A stretch of 64,000 nt of DNA, taken from contig CAWCFT010000018.1 in NCBI GenBank assembly GCA_963794945.1, forward strand, positions 17,704 through 81,703. The letters run 5' to 3'. A model generated the notes under the pieces. It did not search any database, was not told the DNA's origin, and was given only the letters and a program-made list of their open reading frames with translations. This DNA is from Endomicrobiales bacterium. Lineage in GTDB: Bacteria; Elusimicrobiota; Endomicrobiia; Endomicrobiales; CAWCFT01. The translations under genes were made by a program, and so were the position numbers. Shown piece by piece: positions 8,014 to 23,000 of this stretch (position 1 is its first letter; every line of letters starts with the position of its first letter).

Positions 8014-11000
8014 ACCCTAAGGAAATAATCGTTACAATTACAGGCGGTTTTCACACCAGGGAGCTCCAGCGCCTGCTCCAGGAAAAAAAGGTTTCCTGCC
8101 TTACCGTAACCCCGAATGTCAGCAAAGGAACGGAAGAATCTAACGCTATTTATATGCATTTGGCCAGCCAGCAGGCGGCTGTTTTGAATAATCCTCAACT
8201 TAGGCCCAGTAGCGCGGCGGCAAAAACCATCAATTCAAATGCCTTACAGCTAGCCATAGAAAGCGTTCAGTCCGGTAACGCCAAGCTGGAAGCAGTCGCT
8301 AACGCGCTTTGGTCTTACGCGTTAACCACTGCTGATTTAAACGCTGTCAAAGATGAAATAGAACTGTATTTACAATCAAATTCTATTAGCGGAAGTGCCA
8401 GCATTGACGCCAAGGCAGAAGCCATTGTTGTAACTTGGAAAGACGTTTCCGGCCAGAGCCGCACCATAACCATAAGTAAAAACGCGGAGTTCGGCAGCCT
8501 GACTCTATCCAGCCGGGCTCACAGCCTGTTAAATGACATACTCCCCAGCCTAAAAGCAGGCGAACAAGCAGAAAAAACCGCAGTTGGCTCTTTCGTTCTG
8601 CCGGTTGAATCAATGGTGGCTATGGGAAGCCTGATAGTTGAGGTACTGGCATCCTTAGAGCTGTCGCTTGCGGCTGACAGCCTTGTTACCGGGGACGGCC
8701 TGATATACGAAATATCTCATAATGAAGAACTGCAGAAACTGCTTGAAAAACAGATCAATATTGATATGCAGAAATTAGGCCAGCTGCCCGACTGGCTTCA
8801 AAGGGCCCTTGCTGTAAGGGGCAAAGCCAGACAAGGCATTGCCGCAGAGCTTTCCAAAGAAGACCAAAGTGCGCTTATGAAAGCGCTTCTTTCAATACAG
8901 CCGGTATATGACCTTCTTGTTTCGTTAAATGCGACAAGGGTGATCGACAGCCGGCAAGCCAAGCCTGATACCGGTTTAAAAAATGGAAATGTTAAGAAAA
9001 GCAATTTCTATAATTACATTAGAGGCGGGTTTGTCGAAGAAAAAGATCTTCCAATTACAGACTTGCAAAAAGATACTATAAACATGCTCGCGAAACAAGC
9101 GGGTATAACTATAAATGGTTTAGAGAATATCAGCTGGAAAGAAGCGCACAGAGTTGAAACTCTTCTAAAGATACTGCCCCAGAACCATTTAAACCGCGTA
9201 AAGAAAGTTAACTATATCGTGAAAATTTTAAACCCACTTGTGTCGGGCTGGACCGATTTTGCAAGTAAGACCATTAATATAGTTGCAAAGAAAAGATTTA
9301 ATCATGATTATGGCGAAGTGTTCGTGCACGAGCTTGGGCATAAAGTTGACACCTCTCCTTATGCCATAAAAATAATTCAAAGTCTAATGGATTTTTTGCT
9401 TACCTGCGCTTTATACTGGGTTGTTATGCGTGTAATTTTCACTGGCGATCAAATGAGTTTTCATAATGCGGCGTTTGACATTGTTTCGGTCTTTGTTATA
9501 ACTGCAATTTCCTATATAAAATCAAAGATAAAGGCGTCGATCGGCAGAAAAATGGTAAATACAAATTCTCGTATTAGCGAATACGCGGCTACTAACGATA
9601 GGGAAAACTTTGCTGAAAATTACGCGTATTATGTTATTTTTGGCGGTGAATTCAGGCGCCTAGCTGGAACTTCGGCCAAGCTTGCGAAACAATATCAAAA
9701 AATGAAAAAAATATTTAATGGTATTGAATATACAAGGAATGAAAATGATGATATTGTTATTCTAGAAAAAAATAGTGAAAATACAGTATTGCCAGCTGAA
9801 GACAAAGGCATGGGGCTGCAAGAACTAACGAAAGCATCTGATTTGGCAGTCTCGGCACAGCCTGACGCAAGCCAGGCACCCGCCGCCAAAGGAAGGCCCC
9901 GCAGTGCGCCTGCCGGCTCACAACGGTATTTACACAGGCTTATAGATGTTCTTAAACTGCTTCAGGATGAAAAGCTGACTAAAGATCGTTTTTTAGAGGC
10001 ATACTATAATTTTGAGAATCTCTGCTCCAGCGCCCGTAAAGATTACAGTGAAAATATGTTCCTTTACAGGCGCGCAGAAGTCTTTAAGACCTTCCGTGTA
10101 TTCACAAATCCGGAAACACTATGGGATAATACCGTCGCGGCTTCAATTCGCGCCAGCGCTGAAAACAGCATTCAAAGCCTGCAAAAAGAACTTTCGGCAA
10201 TGGAAGCTGACACCGGCACTGCCATGCCGAGAGAAAGTATCTTCGATGGGCTGGAAGAAACACCCAATATCAGGCCGGTTTTAGCCGCCAACAAACCCGT
10301 TATAGCAATAATGGATGTGCACGGAACACTGATACAGTCAAGCTGGAAAGTGGCATATGAACAGGTATATTTCAAATTAACGGGAAAGCGCCCTCCCGCT
10401 CAATGGATATTAGAAAAAGTTTGGAACAAGCCTGACAATGAGGTCGCGGCTATGCTGTCAACTCAAACGGGCAGGCCCGCTTCAGAAATACTGGATTTAA
10501 TTAATAAAAACAAAAGCCTCGTAAAATCCAAAAGTGTCCCGCCTGCCCTTCCGGGAACCCTGGAATTGGTAAAAGCATTAAAGGAGCAGGGGGTTACAGT
10601 AAAAATTGTGAGCAACACCCCTGGTAAAATTGTTATCAATCAGCTGGAAAAAGCCGGATTCTTAAATTATATAAGCAGGGATGACATTTTTTATAACGAC
10701 CAGCCCGCTTCAAAATATTTCCATAGGGCGAAAATAATCCAGAATATAATTACGCAAAACCCAGGTTTCAATATCGTTTACTTCGATGACAGCTTCAGAG
10801 AAATTTCAGAAATTTCAAAGCAATTTGGGAAACGGATGACAATTTTTGGCGTTCCTGATGGAAAAGGTATAGAATCAGAGAACAACCGCGTGGAATTAAT
10901 TAAGTCGGGCGCTCATTACATTGTGCTCCGTAAACAGGGGTTCCCGGTTGAAGATATACTTCGTTGGTTAGATAAAGCTCCGAAAACCATTAGCCCGGCA

Positions 11001-14000
11001 GACAATAACATAATTGAAAGCCAGCCTGGCCAGGAAATTGAACAGCATACAACTGCAACCCAAATTTTGACACAAAAACAATCCATACTGAGCAGTACCG
11101 GGCAAGCGCTTAAAGCCATAGCCCGCGAAGTTGTGCTCTGGTACGGAAAATTCTATCAGTTGTCTATGCCGAAACAGTTCCAGGGCTTGCTGCCCAAGCC
11201 CTATAAGCCGCTGTACATCATGCAGGAAACAACCGGCAAACAATACGAACCACAGAAAGATTTGCTTAAACAATTTATCGAAAATAATGCGGAAAATCTC
11301 GCATTGCCGCTGCGAAAACTGAAATATTTCAGGACGGAATTCAGCATTTCTGGTGATGGGGTAGTCAGCGATGTTCCGGAAAGAATATCTTCCTCAACAA
11401 GACGGCCTAACACAAAAATATTAATCCGCTGGCAGGAATTCAGCGGTGGAAAAAACTTCTGGATGCCGGCGCCTGACGACCGCGAAATGGCCGCTATGGC
11501 CACCGCGAATAATGGCGAAAGCTATACCGGCGTGCTATGGCAGGGAAGCTCACAAGATGAGCTGTATCTTGTCCTAGTTCCGGTCTCTGAATATTTTAAA
11601 GCGGGTTATAGCCTGTCTACCGCGACATTAAGATTGATCTATGAAACTATACTCAGCTTGGAACGCCGCAGAAAGGACGGTAATCAAATTGAGATCTCAA
11701 ATAAGGAAAAAGAAGGGTTCGCCCACGCACTAGACTCATTGGACAGGCTTGGAACGCGCTGCTACACAGTCAATTTCAACGAAGAAAAGAAAGCAATTAT
11801 CAAACAAATTGACAATGAAACCCTTTCGCATGTAATCTACGAAACAATTATCAAACCTACTAATGATAAAGAGATGGAAAGATTATCCGAATTGAGTTCT
11901 GACCCTGCTATTCTACAACTGCGCGGCCCCGGCAGTGATGAGGGAGACGTGCTGGGAACTATTTTAGAACCCCTGCTAAACAGCAAACTGACAGCCGGCC
12001 AATTTAAACGTACATTCGATAATATTCACAGGGCAATGTTCCGTAATTTCATAATAATGGAGCGAAAAGAAAATTATACTATAGCTATTATTATGATTAA
12101 AGAAATCTGCAATTCGTTAGATATGCCAGTTGAATTGCGCAAAAAACTGTCTAACCTGATGATGGGGATATTCTTCGATCAGAACGGTAAAAGCCGTGAT
12201 GTTATAGTGCAGACCGCTGCTATGAAATATGCAGCAAAGAAGCTACAGCAGAGACAATCCATATCGTGGCGCATAAAACAGAACGCTTAAAACCGTTGCC
12301 CGCGAAATTGTGCTTGGCTATGAGAAATTTTACGAATCCCTGCCGGGATCTTTCCGGGATATGCTGCCCAAGCCGTACAAGCCGCTTCATATAGTCCCGG
12401 AAGAACGCGAAATATTCCCAGTTTCATATAATACGCAGGCGGTAGGTTATGTACCGGTAATCCCTCCAAACGCGTACAACGCTCTTTCTGATTCTGTCTT
12501 TAAAAGAACAATTGACGGCCTGATGCGGGAGATCAATGACCCGTTCAGTGAACTTGGAAGAGAAAGGCAAAGTATAATCACTAAAAGCGGCTTATCTCTG
12601 GAAGAATACAAAAGATTCATGCTGTGGCAGGGAAGGCAAAAGGGTATCCGCGGAACCAAGACTTTTTCGTATGTTGGCGGGTTTAATTCATTCAGGCCGT
12701 TCGCTGAATCCGAAGCTATTACCGATGTATATTCAATGGGGCTTGAATATTTTGGAAATGCAACAGATTTAATTGGAGCTTGCAAATCAAATTATACCGG
12801 AAAGGCCTATGTATTGTCAGGAATGCAGTATGAAACATATGATCCAGTAAATCAATACCGTTATCATAAGGCGCCGGGAATCATGGCGATCGCTAAGATC
12901 ATTTCGTGGCTGGGTGGGAGTATAGAGGGCCTGTATTATTTTGACATAAATGAGAAAGGAGAGTTCGGTTTCCTTAACAAAGACGAAGCCATATCCGGCG
13001 ACAAGCACAACGCGGTAATTGAATTTACCGTTGGCGGCACAACAAAACGTTTCTGGTACACACAGCAAGACATTTATACAATGACAGATAATTTTAAGCG
13101 CTATATGGGCAGAGTCGAGTTCGATAATTTTCTGATAACCGGACTAAACGGCCTTTTTATTTACATACTTCTAAAGTCTATGGGTGAACATTCAAAAGCG
13201 ACTATAGAGGAACAGATGGCTCCCGCGGTCAGGAATAACGCGCTTGTAACAACAAACGCTTCCCGACCCTATGGCCGCGAACCTAATCCAATATGGCAAA
13301 AGGGGTATCCGGTACAGGTAATACCTCTTGAGCCCGGGCAGAAGTACGGTTACAGTGATGGAAATGCAGAACATGAAAATGCAGAACGTGGAGGAAATAT
13401 ATTTTTCGGCAATGCCGAAGGCCTGGTCGGCTCATCCTGGCGGCCGGCTGGTAACGATGGCAACATTTTCAGCGCCTTAAGCATAGCGGCAGAAGAGGCG
13501 CTCAACCTGACCGGCACCGCACTGGAACAGCAACTGCAAAACATATCCGTTGAACTGGGAATGCTTGCAACCGAACATTTTACCCCAAACGCATATATAG
13601 GAGCGCTCAAACAAACATTTATTGAAAAAGGCCGGGCATTCGGTATAAACTCCGGTAATATTATTGTCAAGCCCATCACGAAGTTTGAGCAGTTCAGGGA
13701 CGCTGACGGCGGCATCCGGCTTTCAGTTTCGCGCCTTGCGCTGGAAAATGGAAAATACGTGCTTTATATACATCAGGGTTTTTTAAATGCCTTGTTTTCA
13801 ATGAGTGATGAACAACAAAAGACAATATGGGAGCAGTACAAATGCGGCCCTCCGGAAGCCTTCGCGGTAGAAGAACTTCAGGAATTAGCTGAGATACAGA
13901 AATTGGTCCAGCAAGGCACGCCCTTCGATAAAGCCTACGAGCAGTACCACGCATTTAACCCGCATAATGATATTTTCACTATTCTTAGCCGCGCGTCTCG

Positions 14001-17000
14001 CGAAAAAAGAAACGCTAATATTAAAAAACCATAACACCGGAAACAATATGGGGCTAATAACTGGCGGACAAAATGATGACATTTTAAGCCGTTGCATAGA
14101 AAATAACGGAGAAAACCTCTCGTTTCCTTTTTTAAAGAAATTGCTTTATTACATGACAGGTTTTTCTATCGCGGGAACGGGCGCCGTCAGCGATGTCCCC
14201 GAAACAATTAACAACATTCCTTCACAGATAAAAAAAGAGGATGCAAGAATAGCCCTGTTTTGTCAAACACTGGACGGTAAAAACACATACGGCATGCCGA
14301 CGCTTCAGAATATGGCAACTGCCGGTGAAATCCTTAACAGCAAAGAGCAGTGTTACGCTGGAGTTGTTTGGCAGGGAGAAGAACGGAATGAATTATATAT
14401 CGTTGCGGTTCCTGTTTCTGAAACAAATATCTACAACTTACAGCTGGGGATTCTTGGCCAGTACTTGATAACTATTGCAAAATTTGAGAGAACGCAGAAA
14501 AATATGAGCTCAACTGAAATTTCAGCCGTCAAACAGAATATATTCGCGGCTGCTTCAAGCGTATTGTCACAAATGGGCACCCGCGCTTACTCTCTTACAA
14601 TTGACCCGCAAAACGGCACGGCTATAAAACCTTTTCCGCTGGAAAGCCTCGTTAGTGTTATTTACGAGTCAAGCGTAAGGCAGTCTCTCATGGGAATGTT
14701 CAAAAAGATGCAAGAAAGCACTTCCGAACAAGCGCTTTCAAAACTCCAGGGCCCTACCGCGGATGAAGGCGATGTGCTGAGCGTGATGCTGATTAATTTT
14801 ACCAGAAACAAAGATCGTTTATTGGAACAATCGTGCTATCGTACATACAAGGAAATCGTGGATGACATGTTCAAGCAATATCAGTATTTTGAAATTCATG
14901 CGTATTACGCTTACATTGCGCAAATTGTAGCCAAGCACTGTGAAAAATCTGATCTGCCCGCGAATTTAAAAAAGCAATTTAAAGATATTATCCTGTCAAC
15001 GTTCTTTGATAAGAACGGCAAAGCATTGAAGCCTTATCTCGCGGTAGCTCCAGAGTATTATGTTCTTAACAAATTGGCCGAGGCGGATATACTGGTTTTA
15101 AGAGAACGTGTTAAAACGCTTAAAGGGCCCACTCTCAGGTCAGGCCAAATATTAAATGTTCTTGAGATACTTGACGAGATGGATAGCAAGGACCTGCAAA
15201 AAGTCATTATAGTATTAGAAGACGCAATGATATGGATAGATTTTCTGAGCATTGCAGGAGACAGTTTTAATGTCAACATGGATGTGATGCTCCCAAACTG
15301 GTGCCTGCAGTATTTTATAAAAAACGGCACGGACATAAACAGTAACAACCTGCAGACTTATGAATATGCCATATATGCAACAGCAAGACTTATTGCTGCC
15401 GTGCGGTATGATGAAAATAACCACAAACGCAGCCCTGAAGGCCTGGAAACAATACTCAGCTATATAAAGCTAAAAGCCAGATACCAATTAATAGCACAGC
15501 AACAAAAGCAAAACAGCGGCAATTCAGATAATTTATTCAGCGCCTTAAGCGTAGTAGCAGAAGAGGCGCTCAACCTGACCGGCGGCGCGCTGGAACAGGA
15601 ACTTCAGAAAATATCTGTCAAAATAGGCAGGCTTTTTTCCTGGCATTTTGCCGTAAATTCACACGCGGAAGCCCTCAAACAGATGTTTATTGACAAAGGC
15701 CGGGCATACGGTATAAATGCTGATAATATTATTATCAAGCCCATCACAAAATTTGAACAATTCACTGACGCTAAAGGCAAAACCAGGCTTTCTGTTTCAC
15801 GCTTTGTGCCGGAGGACGGCAAGTATGTGCTTTACATACACCAGCGCTTTCTGGATGCCCTGTTTTCAATGACTGAAGAACAGAAGAATGATATTTATGA
15901 GCAATACCACTGCGGCCCTCCGGAAACCTTCGCGATAGAAGAGGTTCAGGAATTCGCGGAAATACAGAAATTAGTCCAACTGGGCGTGTCCTTCGATAAA
16001 GCCTACGAGCAGTACCACACAGCTAACCCCCACCACAATGTTTTTACCGAAACCGCTTTGCAAACAGCGGCAAAGCAGATAGACGTATTGAAGCGGTGCA
16101 TAGAAAATAATAAAAATAACCTGGCTCTTCCATTAAGAAAACTGCGGTATTATTCAACCGGTTTTTCTATTTCTGATTCAGGCGAAGTCAGCGATGTACC
16201 CGAAACAGTTAACGGCATACCCTGGCAGATTGATATACCTGACGCAAGGGTAGCCCTGTTTTGGCAAAAACTGGACGGCAAAGATAAATTCGGCATGCCG
16301 ACACCCGCTGATATTTTAACTGCCGCTGGAAGCCTTGCGGGCAAAGAGCCGCGTTATGCGGGAGTTGTTTGGCAAAAGGAAGCTCAGGGTAATTTATATA
16401 TCGTTGTAGTTCCTGTTTCCGCAAACAATAACTACGAAAGCGCGCTGAGAACGCTTAGCAAATACCTGTCAGATATCGCAGCTTTTGAAGGACAAGAGAA
16501 AGTAATTAATTCAGCCGATCCCTTCCCTGAAGAGCAAGATGCATATATGCTTGCCAGTATGCTACTGTCGCAAATGGGCGCCCGGGCCTACTCTGTTACG
16601 ATTGACCCGGAAAACGGCGCGGCTATAACCCCCATGTCACAAGAAAGCCTGGTGCGCGCTTTTTACAAACCAAGCGAGGAACAGACTGACTCAGAACAAC
16701 CCGATAAGAGGCAAACAAATATTTCGGAAAAAACTCTCTTTAACCTTCGGGGCCCGCACACTGACGAAGGCGATTTACTGGGTGTCCTGCTGCTTAGTTT
16801 TACTAAGAATACAGGCCTATTGCTGGAGGAACCGTGCTTTGTAATTTACAAAGATATCTTGACGGACACGATAAAACAAAAAATATATATTGACATCCAC
16901 GAAGACTATTCGTCCGTCGAAAAAATTGTAGACAGGCGCTGTGATGAATCCGTCCTGCCGGCAAATTTAAAAAGGCTGTTGAAAGAGATTATTCTGTCAA

Positions 17001-20000
17001 CATTGTTTGATAAGAACGCCAAGGCATTAGAGCCTAAAGTTCGCGCAAACGCGTGGGTTTATGTTCAAAACAAATTGGCCGAAGCCGACTTGCGTATTTT
17101 AAGGGAACGCATAAAAATACTTAAAGGGCCGTCGGTCAAATCAGGTAAAATGCTAAATGTTCTTAATGCGCTTGATGCTATGGACAACTTTGACATTCAA
17201 AAAACCAACGTAATCTTATCTCAAGCTAAGGATTTATTAGACATATTGCAGAATAAATATGGAAATACTTTTAATAATAGCGTAGAAGATACGTTGAAAT
17301 TATGGTGCATACAAAACAGCAAGATAAGCTCTGCGGCAGGCATCGATAATAACTTTGAAGCGCATTTTGATGCGGCAATTATATTTGCAAAACTGATTAT
17401 AGCGGTGTGGTATGACGAAAACAACACCAAACGCAGCCCTGAAGATATGCAAACAATACTCAGCTACTTACAGATTAAGGGCAGGCTGCAATTAATATCA
17501 CAGCAGCATAGCAAGGAACAAGTCAAAGAAAACGAGCAGGGACAGGACACATCCAATCATCTGGGTATCGGCCTTGAAGCAATTATCTGGGCCGCTCAAG
17601 GTATATTAACTATAATGCCCGGTGTAGAGCAGTCGGCGCTGACAGCTGTTGAACTCGCAAAGTCTATTATCAGAGGAGCAGTGATCGTTTCGAACAGCGG
17701 CGGCTTCGCCCGCGAATCAACCTATACGCTTGATCAGATTGTCCCTGAGCTGGCGCGCGACATAGAGTATTACAACACACTCTGCCCAGTCAACGGTTTA
17801 AGGCTTTCAAAAGTGAAAGTTCTTGAATCGAAGTCTGACTATATAGCCACCAATGACAGCCTTGGTTTCGCCAGCATGGAAACTCTGGCTTTTGACGAAG
17901 AGACAATGACAGTAAAAACAGCCGACAATAAGGGTAATCTCAAGACACTTACGGACCGCCTGCGCCACGAGTTTAACGAGAATATGGCCATGAATATTGA
18001 AGGTTCGGTTCAATTCGCGGCTTTGAACTATTTCCTGGTCAAATCCCATGTAGCCAAACCCCACATGCCGAGGGGCAACTTGAGCGGGGAAGAGCTGATA
18101 AACTGCTGGCACGCGTGTGAAAGCGACATTGCCGGGAACCAGGACGAGTACAGGGAACTGTTTAAAAACGATAAAGACCTGGAAGCAATTGAGAGGCTAA
18201 TCGCTTTCGCGAACGAAGACTCTACAAAGCTGTTAAAAGTTTATAAGTCACTTTCCGAAATTATCGCTGGGCTGGCAAAATCAGTCCTCGCAAAACCAGT
18301 CGTTGTTGACAAAGTTGAAAAGCAGCCGCAAGTCTTCTCCAAATATATTCCAACAATCCCCCCAGGCGCGTTTAACGCTCTTACCAGCCCGGAATTCAAA
18401 AAGACAATCGACAGCCTGACGCAGGAGGTCAATGACCCGTATAGTAAAGTTGGGATAAAAAGGCAAAGCATCATAAAACAAAGCGGCCAGCCTCTGGAAA
18501 AGTATAAAAAATTTATGCTGTGGCAGGGAGAGCAAAAAGGCGTCCGCGGAAAAGGGATGTTTTCGTGCGCCGGCAGGTTTAATTCGTTCAGGCCGTTCGC
18601 TGAGTCCGAAAATATCACCGATGTTTATTCCAACGGCCCTGAATATTTTGGGAATACAAACGATATTATAGAAGAATACAGCGCAAAATACGATGATAGA
18701 TCCTATATACTTTCAGGGATCCAATATGAAACATATGATGAAGGAAAGGCGGCCTGGCCTAAAAAGGCGCCGGGTATAATAGCTATCGCCAAAATCATAT
18801 CTTGGCTGGGCGGCGCTATAGACGGCGTGTATTATTTTGACGTAGATGAAACGGGCAGATTTAGTTTTGTCAATAAAAATGAAACCATTTCCGGCAGCAG
18901 GCACAACGCGGTAATTGAATTTACAGTAAACGGCGTGAAAAAGCGATTCTGGTATACGCAGCTGGATGCCAAAGCGTTGACAGATAATAATAAACGCTAT
19001 ATAGACAGAATCGGGTTCGACAATTTCCTGGTAACCGGCCTCAACGGGTCTATAATGTATGCTGACGATAATGGAGTGCGGGATTATGACGACCTGTTAA
19101 AAATCCGGTCAAAAAACACTGGTGAACAAGAGAGATCAAAGACAATAATAGAGCTGCAAATGGCTGCAGCGGTCAGAAACGGAGCGCTTGTAACAATAGA
19201 TGTTTATAAGTTCGAAGGCGAAACGGCTTATCGTCTATGCTACAGAGGCTATCCGGTAAAAACGATATTGCTTAAACCCGGTCAAAATTACGGCTATAAC
19301 ACCGGAAAGGCTGGAGGGAAAATATATTTCCTCCGCAATGCCGAAGGCTTGATAGGCTCACAATGGCGGCGCAACGACATCAACCTCAATGACAAGCCTA
19401 ATATATTAAGACAAACACTGATGTTTTTATTGATACCTTTTTTCGCTTTTAACTCATACTTCCCGCAGCTAAAAGCAGCTCCGCATGATACCGCAGTAAC
19501 GAGCAAGCTGTCTGCGGCATATCTGTACAGGGCAAGCGCCGGAAAGGCTATTGACTGGCTTGCGCGTGGTTCGGAATACGCGCGTATGAAAGGATTCCTG
19601 CAAAGGTATTTTGATATCGAGAACCCTGCCGCTGATATGCAGGCATTGATCAAACGCGCATCGCGCGGGTTTGACAGCGACATGGAAACCCGGGCGGTTG
19701 ACCTTATCAACAAAATGAGAAAAGCCGTACCTGACGGTTTTGTTTTTTCGAAGCTTGGCGCGGGCGATTTTTCGCTATTGATGCACATTCTCAGGAACCC
19801 TGAACTTGAAATTCTACTATTTGATAGGGAAACGCTTGAAGTGTATTTATCAGAGAATATTATAGGAGGCGTCCCCGCCGCGCAATTGTCTAATTTGCAG
19901 ATGCTTCGTATATATCTGATCTCCGAAGCACTAAGCGATTATGCCCCGGTCTCAACACAGGACTCGCTCGCAAGAATCATCTACAAAAATATGCAGGAAA

Positions 20001-23000
20001 CTGACAAAGGCAATAAGAACGGCATATCGGGCAGGGCTGTTTTTGAGCAGGGAAATATAGGTTTTCATGAGGGAAACCTCAACTTTGGTGAACAAGGGGA
20101 AATATTTTCACCTGATATTTTGTGCGCTTTAGATATAGATGTTCCTGATTCGGCAGCAGCAGGAATAAGCGAGCTTCCACGCCTGGTTATTAAAACTCTC
20201 GGGCATCCCTACGGTTATGACGAAGTTATTGATGTCAACAGCCTAAAGGCCGCCGTTATCATAAGCGGCAAGGATGAATCGGGACAGCCTTACAGCATAA
20301 ATCTGGGAGAGCGTATTTTGTCATGCGATGAGAACAGATCTGCTCCTGCAGAGCAGCCGGAGCCTGAAGAAGATACAACTTACCCTGCAATAGATCATAT
20401 CGCTGCAACCGGCAACCATCTGGGTATCGGCGGCGAAGTTGTTCTCGGGGCCGTTAATATCATAACCGATTCGATTTTGGAAATTTTTATGCAGCTGCCC
20501 GGAGCGGCCGAGGCGCAGTTAACCGCCGCCCAGCTGGTTCAGGAATTAACGGATTCGTTCATAAAAAGAACGAGCCATGAGGAATTTTATCCCGCTAAAT
20601 ACTACTTGCCCGAAGAACTTGATACCAAACTTGCCCGAGATATAGAATACTATAACTCGTTCCGCCCGGACGGCGGTGAAAAACTTGAGAAAATATCGGT
20701 TGTCGAATCGAAAACGGGATATATCGCAGCTGAAAATGGGCTCGGTTTTGCCAGCATGGAAAACCTTGCTTTCGATAAGAATACAGTTATTATTAAAACG
20801 GCTTACAATAACGACCGCGCAAAAACACTGGCCATGCGGATAAGGCATGAGATCAATGAGAATATGGCAAGGAACGTCGCGGGCTCCGTGCAGTTTACAG
20901 CGCTGGACCATTTCCTTGCCAAAGCCCACCGAGCCCGGGACAGCCTGAGTAATGACGAGCTGACAAATCACTGGCACGAGTGTGAAAAGGATATTGCTGG
21001 TAACCAGGATGAATACAAAGCGCTTTTCAAAACTGCGCAGGATACAATAGCTATTGACCGGCTTATCAGTTTTACCCTGAAAGACCTCAAACAGCTCAAA
21101 AAGTCCGGCAAATCCATACCTAAAATCTTCGCAAAATTTATCCGGTTTTTCCTTGAGAGCAGGCGGATAGAGCTCCCCGATGAAATATCCGCGGCTATAA
21201 CATCCAAAATTATTGATTACTTCGATAGCTTAAAACCATCTGTAAAACCGCCCGCCGAGATGAAGCTTGGTGAATTTGCCGATCCCGCCGATCTTTATTC
21301 AGCGATGAAAGCGGCAATCGCGAAAAACGCTGCAATAAAAGGAAAATCATTCGATTTTGCTTTGCTTGACAAGGCATACAAGCTTGTGATCGATGAGCAT
21401 GGAACCCCGGACCAGCGCCGCGGTGACGGGCGGCCGTATTATTTCCATCCCCTTGAAATAGCATACTACATATCGGTTGACCTGGAAAAAACCAATCAAA
21501 ACCTTATTCTAGCGGCTCTTTTGCATGATATAGTAGAAGATGATACATCTATTTCATATGATGACATACCAAAATTGTTTAATAAAGATGTCGCTGATAT
21601 CGTAGATGACCTGACACATAATGACAACCTCAGCAAAAACAAGGGACGGCTGTACAAGCGCCTTGAACACATAAATCGTATATTGACGAAAAGCAACAAA
21701 GACAGCATCTTGATAAAGGCTGCCGACCGCCTGCACAACCTGTTAACCGATGCAAGGGCTCCTCATCCAAAAGCCGGATATATGGACCTTATTGAAACAC
21801 AACAGTGGATGAAATTTGTCATGCGGCCTGAGGTTCCCGGGCCATTAAGAAGACAACTTCTGTTATTGTTAGAGTCAAAACTCAATGACCAGATAATCAA
21901 TGAGCCTCTGTCTCCGGAAGCCGCTGCGGCCACCGGAAGTACGGTAACAAACCTTTTGCCGGGAGAAACAGCTGATTACTTACAAAAGTTAACCGCTTTC
22001 GCTGACGAATACCAGCTCCTTCGCACACTGATCCCTGTAAAATCCAATGAGAATAACGAAATACAGCTGGCGAGTGCTGGCGGCATGCAGTGGCCTGAGC
22101 TTACTAAAAAGCTAAACCATTTTAGTTGTCAGGCAACCATTATAGACCGGAATGTTATCGCGCCATATGAACAGCCCGGCCTGATAGACGCTCATTCCGC
22201 TTTATCAAGATTGATCGGCTACGGAGTTGAGAGTTTCGATAAATACCGCGCGGTTTACTACGCGGCGCAAAACACCGACTTTTTAAATGCTCTTAAGGGT
22301 TACACGTTTGAAACATTCCCCTGGCAAAAGCTCTGGGGCCCTTATTTTAAAGAGGCATCAATAGCCTGGGCAGTCAGAAACCTTATCGGCACCTCGGCGG
22401 CATTTGAAGAGTTTAAAGTGTTAGCAAGAGACTCGGCTCTCATTCGGCTTATCAATTCTGAGTCAAGAAACAGGAGGCTCTATTTTGATTCCGAGATCCT
22501 CTATGTGGACGGTGTTTATACGATACCCGTCGCGTCGATTAAACCACTCCCCGCTGAAAAAATAGTTATCTTAACACCTCTGGGCCCTTCTTCCCGCCAG
22601 GTTTGTATTGAGCCTGTACTGCTGCGGCTGGGTAAATTTCTACGGGAACGCGGCTGGAATCTACATGTCAACTGGGGCTCGATGCCGGCAGGCTACGATG
22701 GTTTCAGCATTGCAGGTGCCCAGGGTATTTTCGATAATAACGCAAATATTCCGGCCGGTAATATTACTCCAGCCCATTTGGAGGAAATAAACCGGCTCAA
22801 GAACGTTTCAGAAGAATCAAAGGGAACTCCTTATACATTTCAGCCGGATTTTTTCTACCCAAGTTACTTCGCCAATGAAATGCCGCGGGCGATACTTGCC
22901 AACTTTGCCGAGCTTATGGACCATGTCCAGTTCGCCTTCGCGGACAGCTCAAGGCTTCCAGCCGCAGGATTCACCATTAAAGATCACGAACCCGTTGAGA

